Of a DNA stretch of 37,431 nt, positions 1 through 10,389 are shown piece by piece (position 1 is the first letter of the stretch; every line of letters starts with the position of its first letter). The notes beneath the pieces were generated by a model. The model made no database searches. It saw only the letters and a program-made list of their open reading frames with translations, and was not told the DNA's origin. This stretch comes from an uncultured Phycisphaerales bacterium. Lineage in GTDB: Bacteria > Planctomycetota > Phycisphaerae > Phycisphaerales > SM1A02. The DNA is taken from NCBI GenBank assembly GCA_938084645.1, contig CALKEP010000072.1, forward strand, positions 1-37,431, read 5' to 3'. The translations under genes and the position numbers were made by a program.

Positions 1-7
1 TGAAACC

Positions 8-1222
8 ATGACCCACCGCCCGCACTTCTTCACCTCAGAGTCCGTCTCGATGGGCCACCCCGACAAGCTTGCGGATCAGATCTCCGACGCGGTGCTCGAC
101 GCGATGATCGCGGTCGACCCGAACTGCCGCGTCGCCTGCGAGACGATGGTGACGACCGGCATGGCCGTGGTCGCCGGCGAGGTGACCTGCGATGGCTACG
201 TGGAGATCGCCGAGATCATCCGAAAGACGGCCGAAGAGATCGGCTACGACGATGCGGCGAAGGGACTCGACGGACGCAGCTGCGCCGTCCTGGTGTCGCT
301 CGACCAGCAGAGCCCCGACATCAACCAGGGCGTCGATCGACACAAGGCCGGGGGCGATCCCTCCGAACAGGGCGCCGGCGACCAGGGCCTGATGTTCGGT
401 TTCGCCTGCCGCGAGACCGAGTCGCTGATGCCGCTCCCCATCGATCTCTCGCACAAGCTCGTCGCCCGACAGGCCGAAGTCCGCCGGTCCGGTGCGATCC
501 CCCACCTTCGCCCCGACGCGAAGAGCCAGGTCACCGTCGAATACGACGAAGGCCGTCCGACCGCGGTCCGTACCGTCGTGCTCTCCACCCAGCACGGCCC
601 CGAGTGGAACGGCGAGGCGAAGCAGGCGGAATTGAAGACCGCCATCATCGAGCAGGTGATCAAGCCGGTGCTCGGCGGATGGTGGAACGACGACATCGTG
701 GTGCACGTCAATCCGACCGGAAAGTTCGAACTGGGCGGTCCCCACGGCGACTGCGGTCTCACCGGACGAAAGATCATCGTCGACACCTACGGCGGCCGGG
801 GTCGCCACGGCGGTGGTGCGTTCAGCGGCAAGGATCCGTCGAAGGTCGACCGGTCCGCGGCGTACATGGCCCGCTACATCGCGAAGAACATCGTGGCCGC
901 CGAACTCGCCGACGAATGCGAAGTCCAGCTGAGCTATGCGATCGGCGTCGCGGAACCGACGTCCGTCCTCGTCGACACCAACGGCACCTCGAAGATCGAT
1001 GAAGCCGCCATCGAGGCGATCGTCCGCGAGCACTTCGATCTCACGCCGGCCGGGATCATCCGGGATCTCGATCTGCTCAAGCCGATCTATCGCGCCACCG
1101 CCGCCCACGGTCACTTCGGCCGTGAGCCGGGCGAGGGCGGCGAGGGCACCTTCACCTGGGAGCGCACCGACAAGGCCGCCGCCCTCAAGTCGGCGGCTTC
1201 CGCCGCTGCGGCGACCTCCTGA
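8..1222 (+). CDS. metK: S-adenosylmethionine synthetase
   Basis: [19 protein letters not shown] and [16 protein letters not shown] signature motifs; 404 aa. Confidence 0.98.
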   Translation: MTHRPHFFTSESVSMGHPDKLADQISDAVLDAMIAVDPNCRVACETMVTTGMAVVAGEVTCDGYVEIAEIIRKTAEEIGYDDAAKGLDGRSCAVLVSLDQQSPDINQGVDRHKAGGDPSEQGAGDQGLMFGFACRETESLMPLPIDLSHKLVARQAEVRRSGAIPHLRPDAKSQVTVEYDEGRPTAVRTVVLSTQHGPEWNGEAKQAELKTAIIEQVIKPVLGGWWNDDIVVHVNPTGKFELGGPHGDCGLTGRKIIVDTYGGRGRHGGGAFSGKDPSKVDRSAAYMARYIAKNIVAAELADECEVQLSYAIGVAEPTSVLVDTNGTSKIDEAAIEAIVREHFDLTPAGIIRDLDLLKPIYRATAAHGHFGREPGEGGEGTFTWERTDKAAALKSAASAAAATS

Positions 1223-1226
1223 CCCC

Positions 1227-2747
1227 ATGAATCATCGACGCCCCCGCGGAAGTCGCCCCACCGGTCCGACCGGAGAACGAGGACGGCGCCGAGAGAATCC
1301 TCGTGATGGCCGCGCCGCGTCACCTCCCACCAGAGTCGACGGTCCGCGTGAACGCGTGCACGAGCGACTCGTCAAGCTGGTGCAGCGGTTTCCCGAACTG
1401 CCGCTCGGCAGCGTGGACACCCGCGGCCTCGAGCCGCGCGACACGGCCTTCGCCCGGGCCCTCGAATCCGCGGTGCTCGAGCGCTGGCTCACCCTCGAGA
1501 CGATCATCTGCACCCAACTCGACCGGGGCTGGCCGACGCTGCAGCCCGCGGTCCGCGCGGCCCTTCTCACGGGTGCGGCCGAGATTCTCCTGCTCGACGG
1601 CGTGCCCGATCACGCCGCGATCAACGAGACGGTCGAGCGGGTCCGCCGCAACCTCCACCAGGGGGTGGCGGGACTCGTCAACGCGGTCCTGCGAAAGGTC
1701 GCGGCGCTTCGCCTCGAGACCCTCGCCGCCGACGATCCCGAAGCCGCCGAGCTCGGAAGCGCGAGAAACGGCCTCCCCCTCGCCGACGGCCGCGTGATCC
1801 GCCTCGGACAAGACGTCTTCTCCGAGCAGGAGGTGGATCGCCTCGGGGAACAGACGAGTCACGGCGACGAATTGGTGATTCACTGGATCGCGGCCCACGG
1901 CTTTGCCAAGACCCGCGAACTCTGTCTTCACGATCTGGTGCGACCGCCGATCTGCGTGACCGCGACCGACCCCGAGACACTCCGCCCCGCCGCCGGCGCG
2001 GACGGGCCCCTGCGCCCGCACCAGCGTGCGGGATTCTTCGTGCTCGACACCGGCAAGGTGAACGTTCGAGCCTTCCTTGCGGAGCATCCGGGAAGTCGCA
2101 TCCAGGATCCCGCGAGCGCCGAGCCGGTCGCCGGGGCCGCCGGCCTCGAGGCGACCGTGATCCTCGACTTCTGCGCGGGACGTGGCACCAAGACGAAGCA
2201 GCTCGCCGACGCCTTCCCCGAAGCCCGGATCCTCGCCACCGAGGTCGACCCCCTGCGCTTCACCGATCTGGAACGCGCCTTCGAAGGTCACCCGACCGTG
2301 GAGGTGGTTCGCCCGGAGGCGCTGAAGGACTTGATCGGTCGGGTGGATCTCCTCGCGCTCGACGTCCCGTGCACGAACACCGGCGTCCTTCCCCGACGAC
2401 CGGAGGCCAAGTATCGATTCAGCCGCGAATCCCTCGCATCGATCGCCACCCTGCAGCGGAAGATCGTCCGGGAGACCAAGCCTTTTCTCGCCCCCGGCGG
2501 AGCGATTCTGTTCTCGACCTGCAGCCTGGAACCGACCGAGAATCGTCGGATGGTCGCCTGGATGGAGCGACGGTTCGGCCTCGAATCGAAGCATGCGTCC
2601 CAGCGATTCCCCGCCGGCCGACCCGGTGATCCCCCCACCGCGATCCACGACGGCAGTTTCCACGCGGTCCTCGTGGACACCGAACGCCCCGGAACCGAGG
2701 AGGCGGACGACATGACGGACGCCGAGCTGATGCCGGACCCCACCTGA
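1227..2747 (+). CDS. rsmB: RsmB/Sun-family RNA cytosine-C5 methyltransferase with N-terminal NusB-like domain
   Basis: NusB-like 'VPDHAAINETVE...GLVNAVLRK'; SAM-binding LDFCAGRGTKT, motif IV DVPC, motif VI STCS. Start placed at ATG 1227, just after the metK stop. Confidence 0.8.
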   Translation: MNHRRPRGSRPTGPTGERGRRRENPRDGRAASPPTRVDGPRERVHERLVKLVQRFPELPLGSVDTRGLEPRDTAFARALESAVLERWLTLETIICTQLDRGWPTLQPAVRAALLTGAAEILLLDGVPDHAAINETVERVRRNLHQGVAGLVNAVLRKVAALRLETLAADDPEAAELGSARNGLPLADGRVIRLGQDVFSEQEVDRLGEQTSHGDELVIHWIAAHGFAKTRELCLHDLVRPPICVTATDPETLRPAAGADGPLRPHQRAGFFVLDTGKVNVRAFLAEHPGSRIQDPASAEPVAGAAGLEATVILDFCAGRGTKTKQLADAFPEARILATEVDPLRFTDLERAFEGHPTVEVVRPEALKDLIGRVDLLALDVPCTNTGVLPRRPEAKYRFSRESLASIATLQRKIVRETKPFLAPGGAILFSTCSLEPTENRRMVAWMERRFGLESKHASQRFPAGRPGDPPTAIHDGSFHAVLVDTERPGTEEADDMTDAELMPDPT

Positions 2748-2868
2748 TCCGGAAACGGCCCTCCGTTTTCGAAGCCAGACGCGAATTTCGGACGGGAGGA
2801 TGGTACGATCGTCGAATTCCCCCGCGTGGCGTCCGCCGCGCGTGCACCGACCCGGTGGAGTCCTCAAC

Positions 2869-3342
2869 GTGGCCTTCGAACTCTCCTCGATCCTGAAGCC
2901 CGAACTCATCAAGGTCCCCCTCGAGGGTGACTCCAAGCGCGAGGCGATGGACGAGTTGTGCGACCTCGTGTGCTCGTCATCCTCGGTGACCGATCCCGAC
3001 AATTTCCGCAAGGCGGTGTGGGAACGCGAGGGTCAGCGGTCGACCGGAATCGGGGAGGGCCTCGCCATTCCCCACGGAAAGTGCCCGGGCGTTCGCGAGA
3101 TCACGATGAGCATCGGCATTCCCGAGAAACCGCTCGAGTTCGAGGCGATCGACGGCGAACCGGTCCGGATGATCGTGCTCCTCGCGAGCCCCGCCGATCG
3201 GATCGCGGATCACATCCAGGCCCTCGGCCGCATCAGCAAGTTCATGTCGGACCCGACGGTGCGGAGCCGGGCGTACGCCGCCGAATCCGGCGAGGATCTC
3301 TACCAGCTCCTCGCGGGCCTCGATGCGGCAGCGCGGGCCTGA
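2869..3342 (+). CDS. PTS IIA domain protein (PtsN/fructose-mannitol type)
   Basis: ERE..STGIGEGLAIPHGK phospho-His motif, FEAIDGEPV; GTG start with GGAG upstream. Confidence 0.9.
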   Translation: MAFELSSILKPELIKVPLEGDSKREAMDELCDLVCSSSSVTDPDNFRKAVWEREGQRSTGIGEGLAIPHGKCPGVREITMSIGIPEKPLEFEAIDGEPVRMIVLLASPADRIADHIQALGRISKFMSDPTVRSRAYAAESGEDLYQLLAGLDAAARA

Positions 3343-3403
3343 ACCAGACGACCGCCGCGGCCTCCGAAGCCGCCCGAACCCCGTGACGCGTCCTGTCGAT
3401 TCC

Positions 3404-5467
3404 TCAGGATCCGGTCGGTCGCGTCGGACCCGCGACGGGCGCCGGAAGCGACGGTCGGGGACCCGCCTCCTCGCCACCCGCGGCCTCCCACAAGCGAAGT
3501 GATTCGGCCAGCTCCGCCTCGGCGGCCATGATCGAACCGCGCTCGTAGAGCAGGAGGGCGAACTGGTGACGCAGCTTCCAGTCGGTCGGCACCAGCTCGA
3601 CGGCGGCCCGCATCGCGACCTCCGCTCGTTCGAAATCACCCGACTTCGCCCGCGCCAGCGCGAGCGCGCGAAGCGCGTTGGGATTGTCCGGTTCCATCAA
3701 CAGCGTGCGTTCGGTGATCTCCGCGCTCTCCCGCCATTCCTCGGGACCACCATGATCCACCAGAAGCACCGCGAGTCGGCGAAGCGGAAGAAGTTCGTCG
3801 GGCATCGCCGCGACGCCCGCCCGGGCCTCCTCGATCGCGGATTCCGTCGACAGCTGCTCGTACCGCCACATCACCCGCTCGTCTCGGAGCCGCATCCAGC
3901 TCGGATGCTCGTCGAGAACCTCCCCGTACCAGTCGTCGACCAACCGCGGGTTCTGCACGCGAAGCAGCCGACTCCGCCCCATCGCGAGGTCCTCGGTCAT
4001 GCCGAGTCGTTCGACGGTGTCATCGAGCTCCGCCGCGGCGTCGTCGAACCGCCCGATCGCCGAGAGCAGCCACGCCTTCCGCACCGAGATCATCTCGCGG
4101 TACGCCGGAATCGGCGACCAGCCGCCGTCGCCGATGAAGGCGGCGCGGTCGTACCAGGCGAGGCTCGTCTCCGCATCGCTCATCATGTCCGACTCGGGCA
4201 CCACGTAGCCCTCCGAGAAGACGATCGAGGGCGGGATCAGGACGCGATCGTCGTAGCGGAAGGCCACCGCGGCGGCGATGTTGGCGGTTCCCAGCCAGCC
4301 GGAGAAGCCGAGCAGCAGACCGGCGAAGATCACGAGGCCGCCGCCCGCCGGTCGCAGTCGACCGTCCCGCTTGAGCGGCGTGCGATGAAGCGACGCGTTC
4401 CGATCGCGTAGCACCCGCCAGGCCTTCCAGACGATCCAGGTTCCGCACGCGGCGGTGCCGCTCGCGAAGAGAAGCGGGAGCGAATACGCCCCGCGGATCG
4501 AGAGGAGAAGGCCCAACGCGATGCCGGCGAACACGATCTCCTCGGGCCAGGTCATGTCGTATCGGGTGGTCGCGGGCTTCGCGGCACGCTCCTCGGCATC
4601 GACGGAGATCGCCGGCCGGCCCATTCCGACCGACAACGCATCATTCGGACAGACGCTCACGCAGTCGAGACACTTCATGCATCCCGGGTCCACGACCATG
4701 CCGAATCGTTCGACCTCCTCGTGCACCCGCACGTTGCTGGTGCAGACCGCCGTGCAGTGACCGCAATGTTCGCAGTCGTCGTTGACTCGGATCCGCATCG
4801 GCGCAACCTGTTCCGCGGGCGCGAAGAAGCCTCCGTACGGACAGGCGTAGGTGCAGTACCCCTTCATGCCGAGCAGGTAGACGGTCAGGAAACCGCAGAC
4901 CAGCAGGAACGGAATCCCCATCAGAAGTCCCGGGAACGTCGCCCAGTAGTCCTGCGTGACCACCTCCCAGGACCAGCCCGGCCATGGCGGCGCACCGCCG
5001 GTCCAGGGCGCGATCAGGAAGCGGTGGGCGACCGGCCAGACGAACAGGTAGAGCGCCAGGCCCAGCGGCATCCAGAGGAGCAGTCGGGAGCGGAACGGCT
5101 TCGGCCGGAGTCCGACGCGGGCCAGCAGACGCCCGCAGAAGTCCTGAAGCAGGATGACGTGGCAACCCCAGCCGCAGAAGAACCGCCCGAAGATCATCGT
5201 CGATCCGATCGCCAGCACGAAGAAGACGAAGCCCACGGTGATCACGCCGTCCCGGACCGTCTGGATCGACTCGCTCGGCTCGATCGGCGCGAGGGTGGTT
5301 CCGACCACGAGCCACTGGACGACATGGACGATCATCAACGCCTGGATGATCAGAAGCACGAGGAATCGACGACCTTCCATCCGACTCTTGCGAGGTCGAC
5401 CGTCACCGGGACCTGCCGAAACGTCGGAGGCCATCACCGTCAGGGACACATCGCCGTTCTTTGCCAT
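3404..5467 (-). CDS. Membrane polyferredoxin (NapH/MauN-like 4Fe-4S binding) fused to C-terminal TPR-like helical region
   Basis: FFCGWGC and YCTYACPYG motifs, two CxxCxxCxxxC clusters, several TM helices, TPR-like 'EPDNPNALRALALA' repeats. Confidence 0.85.
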   Translation of the reverse strand: MAKNGDVSLTVMASDVSAGPGDGRPRKSRMEGRRFLVLLIIQALMIVHVVQWLVVGTTLAPIEPSESIQTVRDGVITVGFVFFVLAIGSTMIFGRFFCGWGCHVILLQDFCGRLLARVGLRPKPFRSRLLLWMPLGLALYLFVWPVAHRFLIAPWTGGAPPWPGWSWEVVTQDYWATFPGLLMGIPFLLVCGFLTVYLLGMKGYCTYACPYGGFFAPAEQVAPMRIRVNDDCEHCGHCTAVCTSNVRVHEEVERFGMVVDPGCMKCLDCVSVCPNDALSVGMGRPAISVDAEERAAKPATTRYDMTWPEEIVFAGIALGLLLSIRGAYSLPLLFASGTAACGTWIVWKAWRVLRDRNASLHRTPLKRDGRLRPAGGGLVIFAGLLLGFSGWLGTANIAAAVAFRYDDRVLIPPSIVFSEGYVVPESDMMSDAETSLAWYDRAAFIGDGGWSPIPAYREMISVRKAWLLSAIGRFDDAAAELDDTVERLGMTEDLAMGRSRLLRVQNPRLVDDWYGEVLDEHPSWMRLRDERVMWRYEQLSTESAIEEARAGVAAMPDELLPLRRLAVLLVDHGGPEEWRESAEITERTLLMEPDNPNALRALALARAKSGDFERAEVAMRAAVELVPTDWKLRHQFALLLYERGSIMAAEAELAESLRLWEAAGGEEAGPRPSLPAPVAGPTRPTGS

Positions 5468-5565
5468 GCCCGGATGCTACCCCGACCGCACCGATGGGGC
5501 TCTCCGGGGGGCCGACGGGAATCGGCAGGCGACCGAGCCCGCGTCATCTATAATCCAGGATCGAC

Positions 5566-6540
5566 ATGTCCGATCAACGCGACCATTACGAAGTCCTCGG
5601 CGTGAAACGAGGCGCGAGCCCGGAGGAGATCCGGAATGCGCACCGGTCGCTCGCGCGGAAGTACCACCCGGACATCAACAAGTCCGATGACGCCGCGGAA
5701 CGATTCAACGAGATCCAGCTCGCCTACGACGTGCTGTCCGACGCCGAAAAACGAGCCCAGTACGACCGATTCGGCCATGCCGGTCCCAACACGCCACCAC
5801 CCGGCGCAGGCGGCGGCAACTGGCAGGACCTCTCCCCCGACGACTTCGAGTCGATCTTCGGGGGCTCGTTCGGTCGACGCGGCCGCGCGGCCGGTCGCGG
5901 TGGCGGCGGCTTCGGTGGCTTCGGCGGTTTCGGAGGCTTCGGCGACGGCGAGTCGCACGGCGGGCCGACCAAGGGACGTGACATCGAGCACGAACTCGAG
6001 GTCGGCTTCGCCGCATCGGTGTTCGGCGGGATGGAGACGATTCGCATGGGGAGCCCCGAAGGCGAACCGGTGTCGATCGACGTCCGCATCCCACCCGGAG
6101 TCCAGTCGGGAAGCACGCTGCGGGTTCGTGGCAAGGGGCTTGCCGGATCCCGGGGCGGTCCGCAGGGCGACCTGCTCCTGCAGATCAAGGTCGGCAAGCA
6201 TCCGTGGTTCACCCGGGACGGACTCGATCTCAGCGTGGTGGTGCCGATCACCATCGTGGAAGCCACTCTCGGCGGCGAGGTCGCAGTGCCCCTGATGAAG
6301 GGAACCGCGACGCTGCGTGTCCCCCCCGGCGTTCGCAGCGGCGCCAGACTCCGGCTCAAGGGCAAGGGAGTCGTCGATGCGAAGGAGAAGGCCGGTGATC
6401 TCTACGCGGTGCTGGAGATCGTCGCCCCGAAGGCCGAAGACCTGACTGAAGACGACCGCGAGACGCTGACGTCGCTCGGCGAACGGCTTCCGAACCCACG
6501 ATCCCTCGTCCCCTGGGCGGACGAGATCCCGAACGACTGA
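5566..6540 (+). CDS. DnaJ-class (class B, CbpA-like) chaperone
   Basis: J domain with HPD, G/F-rich linker, C-terminal substrate-binding domain, no zinc finger. Confidence 0.93.
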   Translation: MSDQRDHYEVLGVKRGASPEEIRNAHRSLARKYHPDINKSDDAAERFNEIQLAYDVLSDAEKRAQYDRFGHAGPNTPPPGAGGGNWQDLSPDDFESIFGGSFGRRGRAAGRGGGGFGGFGGFGGFGDGESHGGPTKGRDIEHELEVGFAASVFGGMETIRMGSPEGEPVSIDVRIPPGVQSGSTLRVRGKGLAGSRGGPQGDLLLQIKVGKHPWFTRDGLDLSVVVPITIVEATLGGEVAVPLMKGTATLRVPPGVRSGARLRLKGKGVVDAKEKAGDLYAVLEIVAPKAEDLTEDDRETLTSLGERLPNPRSLVPWADEIPND

Positions 6541-6575
6541 GTCAACGAGCCTCTCCGCTCCCAAGGAATCGACCG

Positions 6576-7541
6576 ATGCCCGACATCATTCCCGATCCCG
6601 GCCCGGGAGCCCGTCGGCGCAACGCGACGAACACCGCGCGTCGAGACGTCAACGACCTCAGCGGCACCGTGATCGATCGAGGGACGACCCGGGCGGACGA
6701 TCCGGGGCGAGACGGTGTCCGACTCGCGCTCATCGCCTTCACGACCCTCGCCGCCGGACTCGGCATGCTGGTGCTCGGCTGGATGGCCGAGCGGGCGGGA
6801 ATCGAAGCCTGGCTCGGCATGGGTGAACTCGCCCGACCGATCGGCGGGACGGTGGTGACCGGCGCCCGCATGCCCGGAACGATGATCCGGGCGCTGTACG
6901 ACGCCGGCGTCGTCGAGCCGCTCTTCTTCGCCGCCGCGATGGGCCTCTTGATTCCGCCGATCGCCGGCATCGTCGCGGCCCGACCGCTCCGGCCCGGGCT
7001 CGCCCCGGCGGCCGCGGCCGCCCGCATCGCCGCCGGCATCGCCGCAGGCCTCGTGGTGGCCGCCGACATCGCGATCGTCGCGGTGACCATGTCGACGGTC
7101 CGACCGACCGTCGACGACGTGGTGATCGGCGACGATGCATGGCTCGATGCGATCCGGAACGTCGCCGCCGCGGACACCGTCGCCGCGATGCTCGCGATCC
7201 TGCTTGCGGTGCTCGTGTTTCGAATGCCGCTCGATCGCTGGGCCCGCGGACTCGTCGGTGCGATCGCGATCACCACCGCGGTCCTCGCCACGGGTTCCGC
7301 CGCCGGAAGCGCCGGCACCCTCGACTTCCTGCAGTCGGAGCGGCCGGTGGTCGTTCCGCGGGGCTGGACGGGGGGAACCGTCCTCGACCTCGGCCGAACC
7401 CCGGATGGCGGCCTGGCCTCGATCGATCGGAGTCTCGATGCCACGCCGATCGTCTCGCGTCGCATCTCCCGCGTCGAACAGCTCGCCGTCCCGGGCACGA
7501 TGTCGATCGCGGACCTCGTCTCCGCACCGATTCCCGATTGA
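6576..7541 (+). CDS. Hypothetical multi-pass membrane protein
   Basis: About five hydrophobic segments; follows the DnaJ gene co-directionally; its stop abuts the convergent stop at 7542. Confidence 0.7.
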   Translation: MPDIIPDPGPGARRRNATNTARRDVNDLSGTVIDRGTTRADDPGRDGVRLALIAFTTLAAGLGMLVLGWMAERAGIEAWLGMGELARPIGGTVVTGARMPGTMIRALYDAGVVEPLFFAAAMGLLIPPIAGIVAARPLRPGLAPAAAAARIAAGIAAGLVVAADIAIVAVTMSTVRPTVDDVVIGDDAWLDAIRNVAAADTVAAMLAILLAVLVFRMPLDRWARGLVGAIAITTAVLATGSAAGSAGTLDFLQSERPVVVPRGWTGGTVLDLGRTPDGGLASIDRSLDATPIVSRRISRVEQLAVPGTMSIADLVSAPIPD

Positions 7542-8138
7542 TCAGACCCCGCCGGGGCCGCGGCCGTATCGATCGATCGCCTGCGTCACGGCCTGATGGA
7601 CCGCGAACGGATCGTCGACCGCCTCCCACAGCGCATCGAGCGTTCCCGTGCCCGCGGTGGCGAACGCCACGGTACCGAGGCCGAAGAGACGCTCCCGGAC
7701 CAGCCGGAGGACCGAGGTCTGCTGGATCCGATCGAGTCGCGCTTCGAAGACGTCGACCTGGAAGATCCCGCGACGACGGATCACGCGACGATCCGTGAGG
7801 ACGTAGAGACGATTCATCCAGTCGAGGAACTGCCAGACCAACCGGATTCCCGCAAGCAGCAGGCCCAGTCCGAACGCCTGCGACTCCGTCCAACCCGTCC
7901 AGTCGAACCGCGCGGCCCACGCCAGCGCGAAGACCATGCCGGCGATGACGCCGAGGGCGCCCACGGACCACAGCCCGACCATCCACAGACTGGGACGGAC
8001 GACCATCAGCACCGTCTCCCCGTCCGAAAGCAGCGAGGCGACCGGCGCCGGCGGCGCTTCGATCGAGATCGACGCCTCGGCCTCGCCCCCGAAGGGGATC
8101 CGGGCCGGCCGATCCGATGTCGTTCGCTCGACGCTCAC
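7542..8138 (-). CDS. Bacterial PH-domain (bPH_2-like) membrane protein
   Basis: Two TM helices followed by YVLTDRRVIRRRGIF...ERLFGLGTVAFATAG; GTGA overlap with the hpt stop. Confidence 0.85.
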   Translation of the reverse strand: MSVERTTSDRPARIPFGGEAEASISIEAPPAPVASLLSDGETVLMVVRPSLWMVGLWSVGALGVIAGMVFALAWAARFDWTGWTESQAFGLGLLLAGIRLVWQFLDWMNRLYVLTDRRVIRRRGIFQVDVFEARLDRIQQTSVLRLVRERLFGLGTVAFATAGTGTLDALWEAVDDPFAVHQAVTQAIDRYGRGPGGV

Positions 8139-8686
8139 TCGACGACCTCGGACTTGAGAACCCCGATGAAGGGCAGGTTCCGGTAGAGACCGTCGTAGTC
8201 GAGCCCGTAGCCGACGACGAACGCGTCGGGGATCTCGAATCCGATGAGATCCGGCCGAAGATCGACCTCGTACCTCGAAGGCTTGGCCAGCAGGACGCAG
8301 ATCGTCACGCTCGCGGCGCCGCGTTCCCGCACCAGACGGTCGAGGAGGCTGAGCGTGTTGCCGGTGTCGAAGATGTCGTCCACCAGGACGATGTGCTGGC
8401 CTTCGAGATTCTCGGGCACCGCACCCCGGATCCTGGCCCCCCTCGACTCGGTGGAAGCACCGGGGTAGCTCGAGATGGTGACCACGTCGAGCCGCATCTT
8501 CTGGGGAAGCTGCCGGATCAGGTCCGCGGTGAACACCAGGCTTCCGGTGAGTACCGGCACCAGCACCACCGGCTCGTCACGCTCGGCGAGCGGCGACAGG
8601 CGACGGCCGAGTTCCGCGGCGATCTCCTCCACCCGACTCGCGATGACGTCCGAGGCGAGCAGGATTTCCGAGAGTTCGTCTTGCAT
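8135..8686 (-). CDS. hpt: Hypoxanthine phosphoribosyltransferase
   Basis: PRPP-binding VLVDDIFDTGNTL and FVVGYGLDY...YRNLPFI; start chosen at ATG 8686. Confidence 0.95.
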   Translation of the reverse strand: MQDELSEILLASDVIASRVEEIAAELGRRLSPLAERDEPVVLVPVLTGSLVFTADLIRQLPQKMRLDVVTISSYPGASTESRGARIRGAVPENLEGQHIVLVDDIFDTGNTLSLLDRLVRERGAASVTICVLLAKPSRYEVDLRPDLIGFEIPDAFVVGYGLDYDGLYRNLPFIGVLKSEVVE

Positions 8687-8761
8687 GTCGCGTCCCTGGC
8701 ATTCGAGATCGGATTCGGGCTCGGAGCCGGCGACGACACCGGATCTCATGAATCGGAGGCA

Positions 8762-10315
8762 TCAGCCCCGGAGCAGATCGAAGAGTCGCTTCCGCACGTC
8801 CTGAGCGTCGGCCTGTCCGCCCGACGCCTTCATCACCGCGCCGACCAGACGGCCGATCGCGGCATCCTTGCCGTTTCGAACGTCCTCGGCGGCCTGCGGC
8901 TGCGCGACCACCGCATCGGCGAGCCACTGTTCGATCGCGGACTCGTCGCGGACCGCCACCAGATCGTTCGCTTCCGCGAGCGCCGCGATCGGCTCCGGGG
9001 AGTCCGCGGCGAGTTCGAGCAGCGGGTCGATCGCCTGCGGAGGCAGCGTGCCGTCACGGCGCAGCGCCAGCAGATCGGCGATCTGATTCGTGCTGACGCC
9101 GAGATCCGGAACGGCGACCCCCTGTTCGTTCGCCCGCTTCGCCATCTGGTTGAGCAGCAGCTTCGCAGCCTCGTGCCCCGCGGCCGATGCGGGCGGCGGC
9201 GTGGGCAGCGACGCCTGGGCGTCGACCACGCGTTCGAAGTAGAGACACAGTTCGCGATCCTCGACCAGGGCCGCCGCGTCCTTCTCGGGAAGACCGAAGT
9301 CATCCCGGTACCGCGCCCGCCGGGCGATCGGCAGTTCCGGGATCTCCGCCCGGATCCGATCCTTCCACGCCTCGTCCATCTCGACCGGGAGCAGGTCCGG
9401 CTCCGGGAAGTAGCGGTAGTCGTGGGCGTCCTCCTTCTCCCGCTGCAGCACGGTGACCAGACGCTCGTCGTCCCAGCCACGGGTCTGCTTCATCCCCATG
9501 CCCATCACCCGCCCGGTCTCGAGGAACTCGTCGACCTGACGCTCCATCTCGTGCCGGATCGCGCCCTCGACCGCGCGGAAGCTGTTCAGGTTCTTGATCT
9601 CGATCACCGGCGTCCGGAACTCCCGGCCGTCCGTGGTGTCGATGACCAGGTTGATGTTCGGCTCGAACCGCATGTGCCCCTTCTGCATCACGCCCTCGGT
9701 GACCCCGAGGAAGCGACAGAGGGTTCGAAGTTCGCGGGCGAACGTCACCACATCCTCCGGGCAGTCGAAGTCGGGCTCGGTGACGATCTCGAGCAGCGGC
9801 GTGCCGGCCCGGTTCAGGTCGACGAGGCTTCCCGCGAACCGACCACCGCCCGGGAGATCGTGCCCGAGCTTGCCGGTGTCCTCCTCGAGGTGCGCCCGCG
9901 TGATCCCGATGCGACGCATGCCGCCGTCGGCGTCGGAACTCGAAGACGGGATGTCGACCGCGCCGTCGAAACAGAGCGGCAGGTCGTACTGACTGATCTG
10001 GTAGCCCTTCGGCAGATCGGGGTACGCGTAGTTCTTCCGATCCCACTTCGCGTGTTCGGCGATCGAGCAGCCCAGGGCCATCCCGACCTTGGCGGACATC
10101 TCGACCGCGTGCCGGTTCATCACCGGCAGGGTCCCCGGAAGGGCCGCGACCAGGGGATCGACGAGGGTGTTCGGCGCCGCGTCCTCGAACTCCGGGCAGG
10201 CCGGATTGGCGGCTCGGGTGAACATCTTCGACCGGGTCGAGAGTTCCACGTGGATCTCGAGCCCGACGATGAGTCGGGTCGAGGCGATATCGTCTCTGGT
10301 GAGGCCGGTCGTCAT
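8762..10315 (-). CDS. gatB: Asp/Glu-tRNA amidotransferase subunit B
   Basis: VGLEIHVEL, YPDLPKGYQISQY, DLNRAGTPLLEIVTEPD, EIKNLNSF, DYRYFPEPDL. Confidence 0.98.
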   Translation of the reverse strand: MTTGLTRDDIASTRLIVGLEIHVELSTRSKMFTRAANPACPEFEDAAPNTLVDPLVAALPGTLPVMNRHAVEMSAKVGMALGCSIAEHAKWDRKNYAYPDLPKGYQISQYDLPLCFDGAVDIPSSSSDADGGMRRIGITRAHLEEDTGKLGHDLPGGGRFAGSLVDLNRAGTPLLEIVTEPDFDCPEDVVTFARELRTLCRFLGVTEGVMQKGHMRFEPNINLVIDTTDGREFRTPVIEIKNLNSFRAVEGAIRHEMERQVDEFLETGRVMGMGMKQTRGWDDERLVTVLQREKEDAHDYRYFPEPDLLPVEMDEAWKDRIRAEIPELPIARRARYRDDFGLPEKDAAALVEDRELCLYFERVVDAQASLPTPPPASAAGHEAAKLLLNQMAKRANEQGVAVPDLGVSTNQIADLLALRRDGTLPPQAIDPLLELAADSPEPIAALAEANDLVAVRDESAIEQWLADAVVAQPQAAEDVRNGKDAAIGRLVGAVMKASGGQADAQDVRKRLFDLLRG

Positions 10316-10389
10316 GCGGCCAGCATTCTACGGCTCATCGACGACCGCAGGGTCGTCTCCGGTTCGTCCGCCCCCTGGGAGGGGAGTTC

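Noticed and set aside
936..1226. N-terminal extension of the RsmB-like ORF
   Set aside because: Overlaps metK out of frame and is low-complexity S/R/P; ATG 1227 is the plausible start
5898..5950. Tandem GGCGGCTTC-like repeats
   Set aside because: They encode the ordinary G/F-rich linker of DnaJ
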